Below, in pieces: positions 17,761-27,164 of a DNA stretch of 34,345 nt (its first letter is position 1; each line of letters opens with the position of its first letter). This DNA is from Caldilineae bacterium (GTDB taxonomy: Bacteria > Chloroflexota > Anaerolineae > DTLA01): contig JBBIHX010000015.1 of the NCBI GenBank assembly GCA_037446815.1, positions 1 to 34,345 of the forward strand. The letters are read 5' to 3'. The translations under genes were made by a program, and so were the position numbers. The notes beneath the pieces were generated by a model, which saw only the letters and a list, made by a program, of their open reading frames with translations, was not told the origin of the DNA and ran no database searches.

Positions 17761-19578
17761 CTACTCCACCCGAAAGGTGTACGGCGCGGCCTGGGCCGTG
17801 TGGGGCGTCAGCGAGGCGACGATGAGCGTCATCCCTTCGGGCGCGCTCACCGTTGCCTGCCCCGTCCCGTCGGCGCCCACGTCAATCGGGATCACCCGCA
17901 GCGGGTCTCCGTGCACCACCGCCGTAACCTGATACCGCGCGGCGATGCGGTTCTCCACCCGCACGAACCCTCGCGCGTCCCAACCCGCGTCGGACTCGGC
18001 CTCGTCGCGCCAGCCGATTTCGGGAATCTCTACCGCGCGCACCCACAGGCCATCCAGGTTGATGGCGTCGTCGGTGAGGCATTCAAAGCGCAGGAGCACC
18101 TTGCGCCCTGCGAACGGCGTCAGCGAGAACGCCTCCTCTACCCATTCGGGAGTTGTCCCGCCGCCGGAATTGCCCGTGTACCCATGCCCGACGAGGCCGG
18201 TCTCGGGCGCGATGGGCCTCGCGTGCGCGCCGGCCAGCGGCTGCCAGGTGGCCCCGCCGTCCGCGGACACCAACACCAGGGCAAAGTCCCAATTCTCCTC
18301 CAGGGCATACCACATGACGACTCGAAGGTTTGCGGACTGAACGCCCGTCAGGTCTATCTCACGCGTGAGGGTGGCGTCCTTGTTGTCGCCGCGGTTGGCC
18401 CACCAGAGGCGGTCGCCGTCCGATGATGCGAACGGGGCCAGGCCCACACTCGGCGCGCCGGCGAATTCCACGCGCACGGTTCCGGCAGGCGGCACATGGA
18501 TGTAGTCCACGCCGAAGGGGGACACCGTGCCCGTGATGACCGCGGGAAGCGCCGCGACGGTATGGCCCGTCGGCGTCGGCAAGGCCAGCGGCCCGTAGCC
18601 GCCCAGGAGATTGCTCACCGTCCAGTCCCGAAACACCGAGGCGAAGTCGGCGCCGCGGCGGCCCACGGCGCGCTCCAGTCCCGTTAGCCCGCCGGACGGC
18701 TCGCGGGCCAGTTCGCGGATGAAGTCCTCCCCGTAGCGGTGGAGCAGGTACTCCATGAGCAGGTATGCCCCGCCGTAGTGGGGGCCCGCGTTGGCGGTGC
18801 GCAATGGCCAGAAGGGGAGGGGGATGTCGGGCGCGGCCAGGTAGGCCCCGTAGCCGCCCACCGGTAGCCCCGCCAACCGCGTGGCGAGTTGCGACAGGCC
18901 CTCGTTGACCCACGTCTCCTCGTCGGGGTCGTTGCGCCACTGGATCATGTGCTGGAACTCGTGGGCGAGGAGGGCGTCGTACCCCTCGGTGCCAGGCGCG
19001 GCCGTTTGCAGGTTGACGAATAGGATTTCCCGCTCGTTGCTGCGCGGCGCGACGGCCGCGGGGTATTCGTCCTGGCTGAAGAAGTACGCGCCCACGTTGG
19101 GCACCGCGCCGTTGAACACGTGCAGGCGGGGATCGCCGTCCGCGCCGGGCGTCCACTCCTCTCCGAAGAGGCGGCGCAGGATCGGGCCTGTGGTCTCGGC
19201 GAAGCGGCGCGCCGAGGCTTCCAAATCCTGCGCGGAGACGCTGAAGCCGTCCTCCACCCACATATACAGGTCGGGCGTAACCAGTTGCAGGGTGGCGGAG
19301 GCGCGCCGATAGGTGTTGTACAGCGTGTCGCTAATCCAGAACTCGGCGCGGTCGCCCACCTGCAATGGAGCGGGGGCCGAAAACGTGCCCCCGACAACGG
19401 CGCGACCGAGCCGACGGGCCACGTCCACGGGGTCGCGGGCGGGCGGCTCGGCGAGGGCCAGGGCCTGCTCCGTCGTGAGCGTCGGGGCGGGCGTCGGCGC
19501 GGGCGAGGGGCTGCTGCACGCCGCGCACACGGCGGCGAGGGCTGCGATGGCGACGAGTATGCGCAACGGTCGGGTCAA
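17761..19578 (-). CDS. Zinc metallopeptidase lipoprotein (HExxH zincin + immune inhibitor A-like beta domain)
   Basis: Signal peptide with AAC lipobox, AHEFQH..WVNEGLS, LEENWDF..VSADGGATW, GYTGNSGG. Confidence 0.8.
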   Translation of the reverse strand: MTRPLRILVAIAALAAVCAACSSPSPAPTPAPTLTTEQALALAEPPARDPVDVARRLGRAVVGGTFSAPAPLQVGDRAEFWISDTLYNTYRRASATLQLVTPDLYMWVEDGFSVSAQDLEASARRFAETTGPILRRLFGEEWTPGADGDPRLHVFNGAVPNVGAYFFSQDEYPAAVAPRSNEREILFVNLQTAAPGTEGYDALLAHEFQHMIQWRNDPDEETWVNEGLSQLATRLAGLPVGGYGAYLAAPDIPLPFWPLRTANAGPHYGGAYLLMEYLLHRYGEDFIRELAREPSGGLTGLERAVGRRGADFASVFRDWTVSNLLGGYGPLALPTPTGHTVAALPAVITGTVSPFGVDYIHVPPAGTVRVEFAGAPSVGLAPFASSDGDRLWWANRGDNKDATLTREIDLTGVQSANLRVVMWYALEENWDFALVLVSADGGATWQPLAGAHARPIAPETGLVGHGYTGNSGGGTTPEWVEEAFSLTPFAGRKVLLRFECLTDDAINLDGLWVRAVEIPEIGWRDEAESDAGWDARGFVRVENRIAARYQVTAVVHGDPLRVIPIDVGADGTGQATVSAPEGMTLIVASLTPHTAQAAPYTFRVE

Positions 19579-19600
19579 CGGCTGTCTCCCATGGGTGCGG

Positions 19601-19683
19601 GTAGGGGCAGGTCTAGGGGCAGGTCTCAGACCTGCCCCTACAACATAGGCCCTGTCCAGGACGGGTCTCAGACCCGCCCCTAC
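19601..19683. repeat. GTAG-type REP palindromes (family D)
   Basis: GTAGGGGCAGGTC TAGGGGCAGGTCT-C-AGACCTGCCCCTAC and a second degenerate unit; similar at 27165-27235. Confidence 0.85.
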
Positions 19684-19695
19684 GGCCCCGTCCTA

Positions 19696-21516
19696 CTAAT
19701 CGTAGTGCCGCCAGGTGCCGTTGCTGTACAGCACGAAGATGCCGAGGCGGTTACTCCACAGCATGTGCCCGCGCTCAAAGTTCTGCCACGAGAGGGTCAG
19801 CCCGCGCTCCGGCTCGGTGGCCCACGAGAGGCCCGAGCGCACGGCGGGATTCTCTCGCCAGACCTTGCCGAAGCCGCGCACGGGCTGGTAGTAGCCCCAC
19901 GGCGGGACGATGGTGGGGTCTGATTCGGGCTGGGGCGGCGCCCACGTGTCCGCGAAGGACTGCCACGTGCCGTTGTTGTAGAGCACGTACACCCGCGGCC
20001 CGACCGATGTCCAGAACATGTACCCGCCGATGAACACCTCTTCCGCCGCGACGGTGCTGAACTCATCGGCCACGGGACAACCCAACCCGCTGCGGACGGT
20101 GCTGTAGGTGTTCCAGATGCGCCCGAAGCCGAACTTGGGCGTGATGGCGCAGCCCGCAGGCGGCGTCGTCGGCTCCACCAGCACGAACTTCACGGCGTCA
20201 AACCCGATGCGCCGCGACAAGTAGGCTTCCTGTGTGTTGTCGGCCAGGTACACGTATTCGTCGCCCGTGGCGTTGAACGTGAACGTGCCCAGCCGCACCC
20301 AGACATTGGAGTAGATGTACTGGTTCACCGGCACGTCGTGGCGCATCCCCGCGTGATAGATGCGGTACCGCGCGTTGCCGGTCGTGGCGTTGCACGACGG
20401 GACGAAGACGTACACAGTGTAGCGGCCGGGTGTGGGCAGCGCGGGCGTCCACTTGGCCCAGTTGGACACGGCATACACGTTGTTCAGCGTCCAGTAGGAA
20501 TGATTGCCGTAGCCGCACCAACTGTTGCGCCAACCGGAGGCCGGCCCACCTTTGGCGAAGCCTGGGCTGTATTCGTCAATGACGACCTCCACGGGGCCAG
20601 GGGGCGGCGGGGTCGGAGGCGTGGGCGGGGGCGGGGTGGTCGGCTCCCAGCGCAGTCGCGCCACGGCCACGCCAATCTGCTCAAAGTACTCCACGCGGAT
20701 GCGATGGTCGCCCGCGCCCAGGTACATGGTGGCCGCATGGGTCGTCTCCGCCTGGGGGTACCACTTGTCAATGATGAGTTGCTCGTCCACCCACACGCGC
20801 ATCCCGTCATCATGGGTGGCGTAGAAGGTGTAGTTGCCCGCCGCCGCGAAGTTCACGATGCTGGTCCAGCGGACGGAGAAGTAATCGGAGGGGATGGGAG
20901 ACCCAGGGGAGTTGGCGCCCCAGTTGAAGTCCAGGATGGGGTCATCCCGCACCAGTTGCGGCGCGCCCGTCAGGTACATGTTGGGGTAGAACTCGCCGTG
21001 CCAGAACGAGGGCGCGTAGTCCGTGCGTACCCACGACAGGCGAATCTGGGCGATGCCGGTGTGCTCGTAGTATTCCAGGCGCACGGGGTGGTCGCCCGCG
21101 CTCATGACGCGCGTGAACGTGTACGTCGTGGGCGCTTGGTCAAACCACTTGTCCAGCACCAGGTCGCCGTTGAGCCACAGGCGCACGCCGTCATCGGTCG
21201 TTACGGTGAACCGATACGTCCCATCCTCAAAGCGGACGACCCGAGTCCACCGCACCGAGAAGTTGTCGGCGTTGACGCCCGACGCCGGCGCTCCCGCGGC
21301 CCAGTCAAAGTTGATGTCGGCATCGTCGCGCACCAGGGCGGGGCTGCCGCCGAACCAGGTGTTGTTGTAGTACTCGCCTCGCCAGGTGGGATCCGCTGCC
21401 TGGGCCCGGCCGGCTGTCAGGTGGGCCAGGGGCGCCCAGAACAGGGCCGCCAGGATGAGGATGCTCACCGCCTTGGAGCCCCAGCCAACAAGGGAACGTT
21501 TCCTATTGCCGCGCAT
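19696..21516 (-). CDS. Exported protein: two PA14 domains, Pro-rich linker, golvesin/CBM-like domain, C-terminal repeat domain
   Basis: Signal peptide ending AQA; WxGE(Y/F)Y.N..F(D/N)W..FSVRW..DDG(V/M)R twice; GFG(R/K)(I/V)W repeats; GGAGGTG SD before ATG 21516. Confidence 0.8.
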   Translation of the reverse strand: MRGNRKRSLVGWGSKAVSILILAALFWAPLAHLTAGRAQAADPTWRGEYYNNTWFGGSPALVRDDADINFDWAAGAPASGVNADNFSVRWTRVVRFEDGTYRFTVTTDDGVRLWLNGDLVLDKWFDQAPTTYTFTRVMSAGDHPVRLEYYEHTGIAQIRLSWVRTDYAPSFWHGEFYPNMYLTGAPQLVRDDPILDFNWGANSPGSPIPSDYFSVRWTSIVNFAAAGNYTFYATHDDGMRVWVDEQLIIDKWYPQAETTHAATMYLGAGDHRIRVEYFEQIGVAVARLRWEPTTPPPPTPPTPPPPGPVEVVIDEYSPGFAKGGPASGWRNSWCGYGNHSYWTLNNVYAVSNWAKWTPALPTPGRYTVYVFVPSCNATTGNARYRIYHAGMRHDVPVNQYIYSNVWVRLGTFTFNATGDEYVYLADNTQEAYLSRRIGFDAVKFVLVEPTTPPAGCAITPKFGFGRIWNTYSTVRSGLGCPVADEFSTVAAEEVFIGGYMFWTSVGPRVYVLYNNGTWQSFADTWAPPQPESDPTIVPPWGYYQPVRGFGKVWRENPAVRSGLSWATEPERGLTLSWQNFERGHMLWSNRLGIFVLYSNGTWRHYD

Positions 21517-21702
21517 ACTCACACCTCCTAACGCGGTTCTTGCCGCAATCCAAAACGAGCCGCACCTTCCGAGTCGGTCTATGCTACACATGCAAGAAGC
21601 ATGCCTGCAAATGCATAACGTGTCAAGTCAGGGAAGAGTTCCCTGCCCCGGATAGCGAGTCTCTGTCCCCTCGGGAAATCTGCCGCAGGCCCATCGCCGC
21701 GC

Positions 21703-22434
21703 TCACGGTGCAATGGTTACCGCCACGGCGCACGGCTCCGGGAAGTTGCCGGTCTTGTCCACAACCACGAGCCGCAGCGCGTACTCTCCCGGCGGGAACG
21801 CCGCCGCGTTGAATGTCTCCAACACGCCATCGGACACGGGCGCGTAGTGCAAATCCCCCACCACAGACCACTGAGACGGGTTGCGCCCGATGCCGATTTC
21901 TATCTTGTAGTACCAGAAGTTGCCGATGGAGGCGGTACCGGTTACCTGGACGACGCCCGAAAGGCGCGCGCCGGGACGCGGCGATGTGAGGTTGACGCCC
22001 GGCGTGGGGCAGAGGGGCGGTGGAAGCGGCGTGGGTGTGGGCGTGTAGACGGGAGATGTGGGGATGGGCTGGCGCGTCGGGCGGACGCGGGTAACGGTGG
22101 CCGTCGGCGTCGGCGTCAGTTCCTCCGGGCTGTAGGTGGGCGTGGCGCGGAGGAATCGGGTCGCCGTGGGCGTTGGCTCGGGTTCGGGCGAGGGGGCCAT
22201 CTCCCCAAGGTGCGTGGCCACAAACAGCGCCCCGCTCAGAATCGCCATGAGGACGACTACCGACAGGCCACGATACAGGCGGTTGCGCGCGAACTCCTTC
22301 TCCAGCGAGAAGATGGACTGGCGAATCTCGGCCCGCGCCCGGAGCGCCGCCCGCAGCCCGAACAGGGCGATGATGGCGAAGAGCGCGTAGAGCCAAATCG
22401 CGTAGGTTCTCAGCAGCGTGATCACGATGGACAT
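21703..22434 (-). CDS. Membrane protein with two TM helices, Pro/Thr linker and C-terminal Ig-like domain
   Basis: Hydrophobic N-terminus, PTPTAT repeats, LTSPRPG..VQVTGTA..GEYALRLVVVD..GN. Confidence 0.75.
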   Translation of the reverse strand: MSIVITLLRTYAIWLYALFAIIALFGLRAALRARAEIRQSIFSLEKEFARNRLYRGLSVVVLMAILSGALFVATHLGEMAPSPEPEPTPTATRFLRATPTYSPEELTPTPTATVTRVRPTRQPIPTSPVYTPTPTPLPPPLCPTPGVNLTSPRPGARLSGVVQVTGTASIGNFWYYKIEIGIGRNPSQWSVVGDLHYAPVSDGVLETFNAAAFPPGEYALRLVVVDKTGNFPEPCAVAVTIAP

Positions 22435-22482
22435 GCCGTCTCCGCACGTGCAGATTCTATGGTCAGAACGCCGCCCGCGTTC

Positions 22483-23340
22483 CTAGGTTCCGCTGATTTC
22501 CCGCAGGACGCCTCGGATGAGGCTGGCGAGGCGCGGGGCGATGACCTTGCCCGCGGCCAGCACCTCCTCATGGGTGGTGTCGTCGTGGCCCGCGGCGGCC
22601 AGGTCCGGCGAGAGGGTGTTGGATATGCCCGAGATGCCAAGCACCCGCATCCCCCCATGCCGCGCCACCGTTACCTCCGGCACGGTGGACATCCCCACGG
22701 CGTCGGCGCCGATGGCGCGCAAGAACCGCATGTCGGCCGGCGTCTCAAAACTGGGCCCCGCGAGCATGATGTACACGCCCTCGCGCAGGGGAATCCCCTC
22801 GCGCTGGGCCACGCGACGGGCGATGGCGCGCAACTCCACATCGTAGGCGCGGCTCATGTCCGGGAAGCGCGGCCCCAGGTCGGGATCGTTGGGCCCGCGC
22901 AACGGGTTCAGCCCCGCCATCCCCACCAGGTTGATGTGATCGGCGATGAGCATCAGGTCGCCCGCCCGAAACTCCGGGTTCAGCCCGCCCGCCGCGTTGG
23001 TAACGATGAGGACGCCGACGCCCATCTGCCGGAACACGCGGACGGGGAACGTTACCTGCTGCATGGAGTAGCCCTCGTAGTAGTGGGCGCGGCCCTGCAT
23101 CATCGCGACGCAGGCCCCCTCCAGCCGCCCGATGACCAGCCGCCCCATGTGCCCCTCAACGGTGCACTGGGGAAACTCGGGGATGTCGCTGTAGGGGATG
23201 ACGTCGGCGTCTGCTACCTCGGCGACCAACCCCCCGAGTCCCGAGCCCAGCACAATGGCTACCTGCGGTCTATGGCGCGTCCGCGACAGGATGTATTCCG
23301 ACGCGCGGACGAAGTGCTCTTTTGTGTAGAAGTCGGACAT
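22483..23340 (-). CDS. punA: Purine-nucleoside phosphorylase (trimeric PNP family)
   Basis: IVLGSGLG, QGRAHYYEG, TNAAGG, GPSFET, VGMSTVPE. Confidence 0.94.
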   Translation of the reverse strand: MSDFYTKEHFVRASEYILSRTRHRPQVAIVLGSGLGGLVAEVADADVIPYSDIPEFPQCTVEGHMGRLVIGRLEGACVAMMQGRAHYYEGYSMQQVTFPVRVFRQMGVGVLIVTNAAGGLNPEFRAGDLMLIADHINLVGMAGLNPLRGPNDPDLGPRFPDMSRAYDVELRAIARRVAQREGIPLREGVYIMLAGPSFETPADMRFLRAIGADAVGMSTVPEVTVARHGGMRVLGISGISNTLSPDLAAAGHDDTTHEEVLAAGKVIAPRLASLIRGVLREISGT

Positions 23341-23373
23341 GCTATCCCCCTGGATGGTGTGCGGTCTGCGATG

Positions 23374-24279
23374 TCAGTCTTTCTTGGCCCTGGGGTGCGC
23401 GTTGTCATACGCGTCCCTCAGTTCTTCTTTCGTTAGATGGGTGTAGATTTGCGTCGTAGATACGTTGGCGTGCCCGAGCAGTTTCTGGACGTCGGGCAGT
23501 TTGGCGCCGCCGGTCAGCAGGTGCGTGGCGAAGGAGTGGCGCAGGGTGTGCGGCGTTACGGTCTTGGTGATGCCGGCCTCCTCCACGTAGTGCTTGATGA
23601 TGAGCCAAAGCCCCTGGCGTGTAAGCGGCTTGCCCTGGAAATTCACGAAGACGGACTGCTCGTTTGGGTCCTTGACCATGTGGATGCGTCCGCGCTGGAG
23701 GTAGGCCTCCATGGCTTCCAACGCGCGCGGATGGACGGGGATGATGCGCTCCTTGCGCCGCTTGCCGTGCACCACGCGCACGCTGCCGGAGGCTAAGTTG
23801 ACATCGTTCAGCGCCAGGGACACCAATTCCGTAACGCGCATGCCGGTTGCGTAGAGCAGTTCCAGCAGCGCCCGATCCCTCAGACTCTTGGGATCGTCGC
23901 CCGTACCCGGCGCCGCCAGAAGCCGCTCCACCTCCTTGCGGGTCAGGGTCTTGGGCAGCCTCTTGCCCAGCCTGGGCGAGTCCAGCGTGGTGGTTGGGTC
24001 CTCTTTGATGCGCCCCTCCCGCGCGAGGAAGTGAAAGAACGACTTGACGGCGGCCAGTTTGCGCGCCACCGACGAAGAGGCGTACTCGCGCTCCTTCAGG
24101 AACATGACATATTTCACGATGAGGCCCTTGTCCACCGCGCCCCAGTCCGCCGTCGGGACTTTGCCGCGGGCGAAGTCAACAAACTGCGCCAGGTCGTTCT
24201 GGTAGGCGGCCAACGTATTGGGCGAATACCCTCGCTCCACCCTCAAGTAACTGAGGAACTCTTCTACTTCTTGCAGCAT
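23374..24279 (-). CDS. xerD: Site-specific tyrosine recombinase XerD
   Basis: ERGYSPNTLAAY, YATGMRVTEL, HTLRHSFATHLL, LLGH..TTQIYTH; AGGAGG SD before ATG 24279. Confidence 0.9.
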   Translation of the reverse strand: MLQEVEEFLSYLRVERGYSPNTLAAYQNDLAQFVDFARGKVPTADWGAVDKGLIVKYVMFLKEREYASSSVARKLAAVKSFFHFLAREGRIKEDPTTTLDSPRLGKRLPKTLTRKEVERLLAAPGTGDDPKSLRDRALLELLYATGMRVTELVSLALNDVNLASGSVRVVHGKRRKERIIPVHPRALEAMEAYLQRGRIHMVKDPNEQSVFVNFQGKPLTRQGLWLIIKHYVEEAGITKTVTPHTLRHSFATHLLTGGAKLPDVQKLLGHANVSTTQIYTHLTKEELRDAYDNAHPRAKKD

Positions 24280-24376
24280 TTGGTTCCTCCTAATCATCAT
24301 CGCCCTTGTCGCAAGAGCGCCGTCGCGGCCAAGCAATCGCGACGGCATCCCGCGTGTGCCGACAACCTCTACATCT

Positions 24377-24404
24377 ATTGTACCACAACTTTCCATAAAA
24401 TCAA
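24377..24404 (-). promoter_or_regulatory. xerD-punA promoter
   Basis: TTGATT-16nt-TACAAT with TG extension. Confidence 0.6.
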
Positions 24405-24459
24405 TATCGGGCAGGGGCGAGATTCGGCTCGCTTCGCCCGCGATGAGAGATGGAGAGAC

Positions 24460-24494
24460 AACGTGCGACGCGCCTCCGAGGTGCGTCGCACGTT
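24460..24494. repeat. Palindromic repeat family G
   Basis: AACGTGCGACGCGCCTC-C-GAGGTGCGTCGCACGTT; matches 1-30. Confidence 0.85.
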
Positions 24495-24536
24495 TCCCTT
24501 CGCGCGGATTCGCGCGCATTCGCGGTTACAAGAGCG

Positions 24537-24603
24537 GTCATTCTGAGGCGCGCAGCCGCGAAGAATCTCGCAACCCGAGACCCTTCGCTTCGCTCAGGGT
24601 GAC
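24537..24603. repeat. Family A doublet (CGTC/TGTC-type REP)
   Basis: Near-exact reverse complement of 32842-32908. Confidence 0.9.
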
Positions 24604-24634
24604 GGGACCCGGCTGTGTCCGCCCATGCTTCCAC

Positions 24635-24710
24635 CCCTTAGCGCGGCTTTAGCCCTGCACGGCCCCGCCCCCCGACCGTCATCTGAGCGGCGCAGCCGCG
24701 AAGAATCTCG
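24635..24710 (-). repeat. Family H (GGCCGTGCAGGGCTAAAGCCGCGCTAAGGG) plus single family A unit (24678-24710)
   Basis: Family H also at 34205-34237 and partly at 12770-12784. Confidence 0.65.
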
Positions 24711-24711
24711 C

Positions 24712-24844
24712 CCCTCACCCTAGCCCTCTCCCGGAGGGAGAGGGGACAGTGTCCGCACCCCGGCCCTGGCCCGCTGGGAGAGGGAACAGTGTCCTCACCC
24801 CGCCCCTCGCCCAGCGGGCGAGGGGACAGGGTCCTCACCCTGGC
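24712..24844 (+). repeat. Tandem array (40-bp period, about 3.3 units) of family C CCCTCACCC..CCCTCTCCC-NNN-GGGAGAGGG
   Basis: CC(T/G)CACCC starts at 24713, 24753, 24793, 24833; linker ACAG(T/G)GT. Confidence 0.85.
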
Positions 24845-24964
24845 TAGGAGTAGGTCAGGGTCCCACGCCCAACCCCGCGCTACCCCCTGGCGGCTAGGAA
24901 TGGCCACCCCACGCCGAATAGCCGCCCCACGCCGCCCCCACGGGCCGCGCCCCCTGCGCGCAAC

Positions 24965-24993
24965 TTGACGCCCACGCTCCACGCGCATAGAAT
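24965..24993 (+). promoter_or_regulatory. ppa-ctp promoter
   Basis: TTGACG-17nt-TAGAAT. Confidence 0.65.
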
Positions 24994-25024
24994 GCCCGTA
25001 CAAAATGCAACTGGGGGTGCGAGT

Positions 25025-25561
25025 ATGAACCTGTGGCACGAACTTCCCGTAGGCCCGGACTGGCCCGAAGTCATCAACGTCATCGTGGAGATACCCAAGG
25101 GCAGCCGCAACAAGTACGAGTACGACAAGGGGCGCGGAGTCATCAAGTTGAACCGAGTGCTGTTCTCTTCGCTGTACTACCCAGGGGACTATGGCCTTAT
25201 CCCACGCACCCACTACGAGGACGGCGACCCGCTGGATGTCCTCGTGATGATCAACGAGCCGACGTTCCCCGGCTGCGTGCTGGAGGCGCGGCCCGTCGGC
25301 TTCTTCCGCATGATGGACAAGGACCTGCCCGATGACAAGGTGCTGGCCGTGCCGGCATCGGACCCCCTCTATACCGAGATCCGCGACCTGGAAGATGTCC
25401 CGCCCCACTTTCTCCGCGAGGTTGCCCACTTCTTCTCGGTCTACAAGGACCTGGAAGAGACGCGGGTGAAGCCCATCGGCTGGGAGCCGCGAGAAGCCGC
25501 CTACGAGCAGATTCGCCACGCGGTGGAACTGTATAGCAGGGAAGGCATGCGGTTTCGATAG
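25025..25561 (+). CDS. ppa: Inorganic pyrophosphatase (family I)
   Basis: EIPKGSRNKYEYD, YGLIP, DGDPLDV, DDKVLAVP, YKDLE. Confidence 0.96.
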   Translation: MNLWHELPVGPDWPEVINVIVEIPKGSRNKYEYDKGRGVIKLNRVLFSSLYYPGDYGLIPRTHYEDGDPLDVLVMINEPTFPGCVLEARPVGFFRMMDKDLPDDKVLAVPASDPLYTEIRDLEDVPPHFLREVAHFFSVYKDLEETRVKPIGWEPREAAYEQIRHAVELYSREGMRFR

Positions 25562-25584
25562 GCCCAGGACCCCATATCCGGAGG

Positions 25585-26892
25585 TTGAGATTGCGCGCGA
25601 CCCGTACCGTTCTGTCGGTTTTCATTGTGTTTGCCCTCATGTTGGGGGCTTTCGCGGCGGGCTTTCTGGCGCGCGGGTGGATGGTGGCCCGCTACCAGCA
25701 GCAGCCCGCCAGCGTTGAGCAGCAGTTTTCCGTCTTCTGGGAGGCGTGGAACATCGCCCAGGAGAATTTCGTGGACCCGACGGCGCTGGACCCGAAGGCC
25801 ATGACCTACGGGGCCATCCGCGGGATGCTGGATTCGCTGGGGGACATCGGGCACACGCGCTTCCTCACGCCGAAGGACCTGGCCGAGGAGCGCGTGAGCA
25901 TGACGGGCAAGTACTCGGGCATCGGCGCGGAGATCGGCATGCGCGACGGTCGCCCCATCATCATCGCGCCGTTTGACGGCTCGCCCGCGCAGCAGGCCGG
26001 CATCCAGGCCGGGGACTACGTCATCCGCGTGGACGGCGAGGATACCGCCGGGCTGTCGCTGGACGAGGTGGTGGCCCGCATCCGTGGGCCGGAAGGGTCG
26101 CAGGTGAGGCTCACCATCATGCGCCCGGGGAGCGCGTCGCTGCTGGAGTTCACCATCGTGCGCGAGATTATCCGCGTTGCCGCGGTGTCGTGGGCCATGA
26201 TTCCCGAAACGCACATCGCGCACATTCGCATCAGTCAGTTCAGCGCCACCGCGCTGCCCGGCCTCAAGGACGCCATCACCGCCGCGAAGGGGGCGGGCGC
26301 GCAGGCGCTCATCGTGGATGTGCGCAACAACCCGGGGGGCCTGCTGGATCAGGCCGTGTCGGTGGCCAGCCAGTTCTTGGCGTCCGGCAACGTGGTGCTG
26401 GAGGCGCGGCGCGATGGCTCACAGAAGCCGTATCCGGTGGAGGAGGGCGGCCTGGCCGTGGACGTTCCCATCGCCGTGCTGGTGAACGAGGGGTCGGCCA
26501 GCGCGTCGGAAATCTTCGCGGGAGCCATCCAGGACAACGAGCGCGGCGTTATTGTGGGCCAGCCGACGTTCGGCACGGGCACCATCCTGTCCACCTTCAA
26601 CCTCAGCGATGGGTCGGCCATCTTGCTGGGGACGGGGCAGTGGCTCACTCCCGGCGGGCGCAGCCTCCGCCGCGAGGGGATCACGCCAGATGAGATCGTG
26701 GCGCTCCCGACGGACGGGCATATCCTGACGCCCGCCAAGTCGGGGACGCTCGCCCCCGATGAGATTGAGAAGGCCGGCGATACCCAACTGGCGCGCGCGA
26801 TACAGATTCTGTCGGGCCAAACCGCTGTGGCCGAGCCTCGGTTCAGCGCGGCGACGACTGTGCCGGACCGCCAGTGCGCGGGCGCGAATTGA
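25585..26892 (+). CDS. S41A-like carboxyl-terminal protease homolog (TM, PDZ, peptidase domain)
   Basis: GIG..PDZ..GSPAQQAGI; DVRNNPGGLL; SASASEI; canonical Lys replaced by Thr (TFGTG). Confidence 0.9.
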   Translation: MRLRATRTVLSVFIVFALMLGAFAAGFLARGWMVARYQQQPASVEQQFSVFWEAWNIAQENFVDPTALDPKAMTYGAIRGMLDSLGDIGHTRFLTPKDLAEERVSMTGKYSGIGAEIGMRDGRPIIIAPFDGSPAQQAGIQAGDYVIRVDGEDTAGLSLDEVVARIRGPEGSQVRLTIMRPGSASLLEFTIVREIIRVAAVSWAMIPETHIAHIRISQFSATALPGLKDAITAAKGAGAQALIVDVRNNPGGLLDQAVSVASQFLASGNVVLEARRDGSQKPYPVEEGGLAVDVPIAVLVNEGSASASEIFAGAIQDNERGVIVGQPTFGTGTILSTFNLSDGSAILLGTGQWLTPGGRSLRREGITPDEIVALPTDGHILTPAKSGTLAPDEIEKAGDTQLARAIQILSGQTAVAEPRFSAATTVPDRQCAGAN

Positions 26893-26911
26893 TTGCGCCG
26901 CGCGGTAGAAG

Positions 26912-27129
26912 TTTACCGCGGAGGCGCAGAGAGGGCGCAGAGGGACACAAGAGGAATGGCTTAGGTTCACCGCGGAGAACGGAGAGGACGCCGAGAAACA
27001 CAGAAGAATGCCTGAGGTTCACCGCGGAGAATCAGAGGGCGCAGAGGATGTTCTCCAGTTTTTCTCTGCGTGCTCCGCGTCTCGGCGGTGAAGCAGATTG
27101 CACCGCGGAGAGTCAGAGGGCGCAGAGGG
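26912..27129. repeat. Cluster of family F units (CACCGCGGAGA..CAGAGGGCGCAGAG): four direct, one inverted
   Basis: Units near 26913, 26967, 27018, 27101 (+) and 27063-27093 (-). Confidence 0.75.
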
Positions 27130-27164
27130 ATTCAAGGGGAAGAGCGCTCACTGCGGACGCGCGG

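Noticed and set aside
21580..21628. Promoter or operator upstream of the PA14 gene (TTGACA plus TGCA repeats)
   Set aside because: The -10 candidates (CATGCT, TAGCAT) are weak and the TGCA pattern is ambiguous
23374..24279. Integrase of a prophage or genomic island
   Set aside because: Typical chromosomal XerD beside punA; no att duplication or cargo genes
24712..24844. Possible CRISPR array
   Set aside because: Units are contiguous degenerate hairpins without unique spacers, they recur dispersed elsewhere, and no cas genes are present
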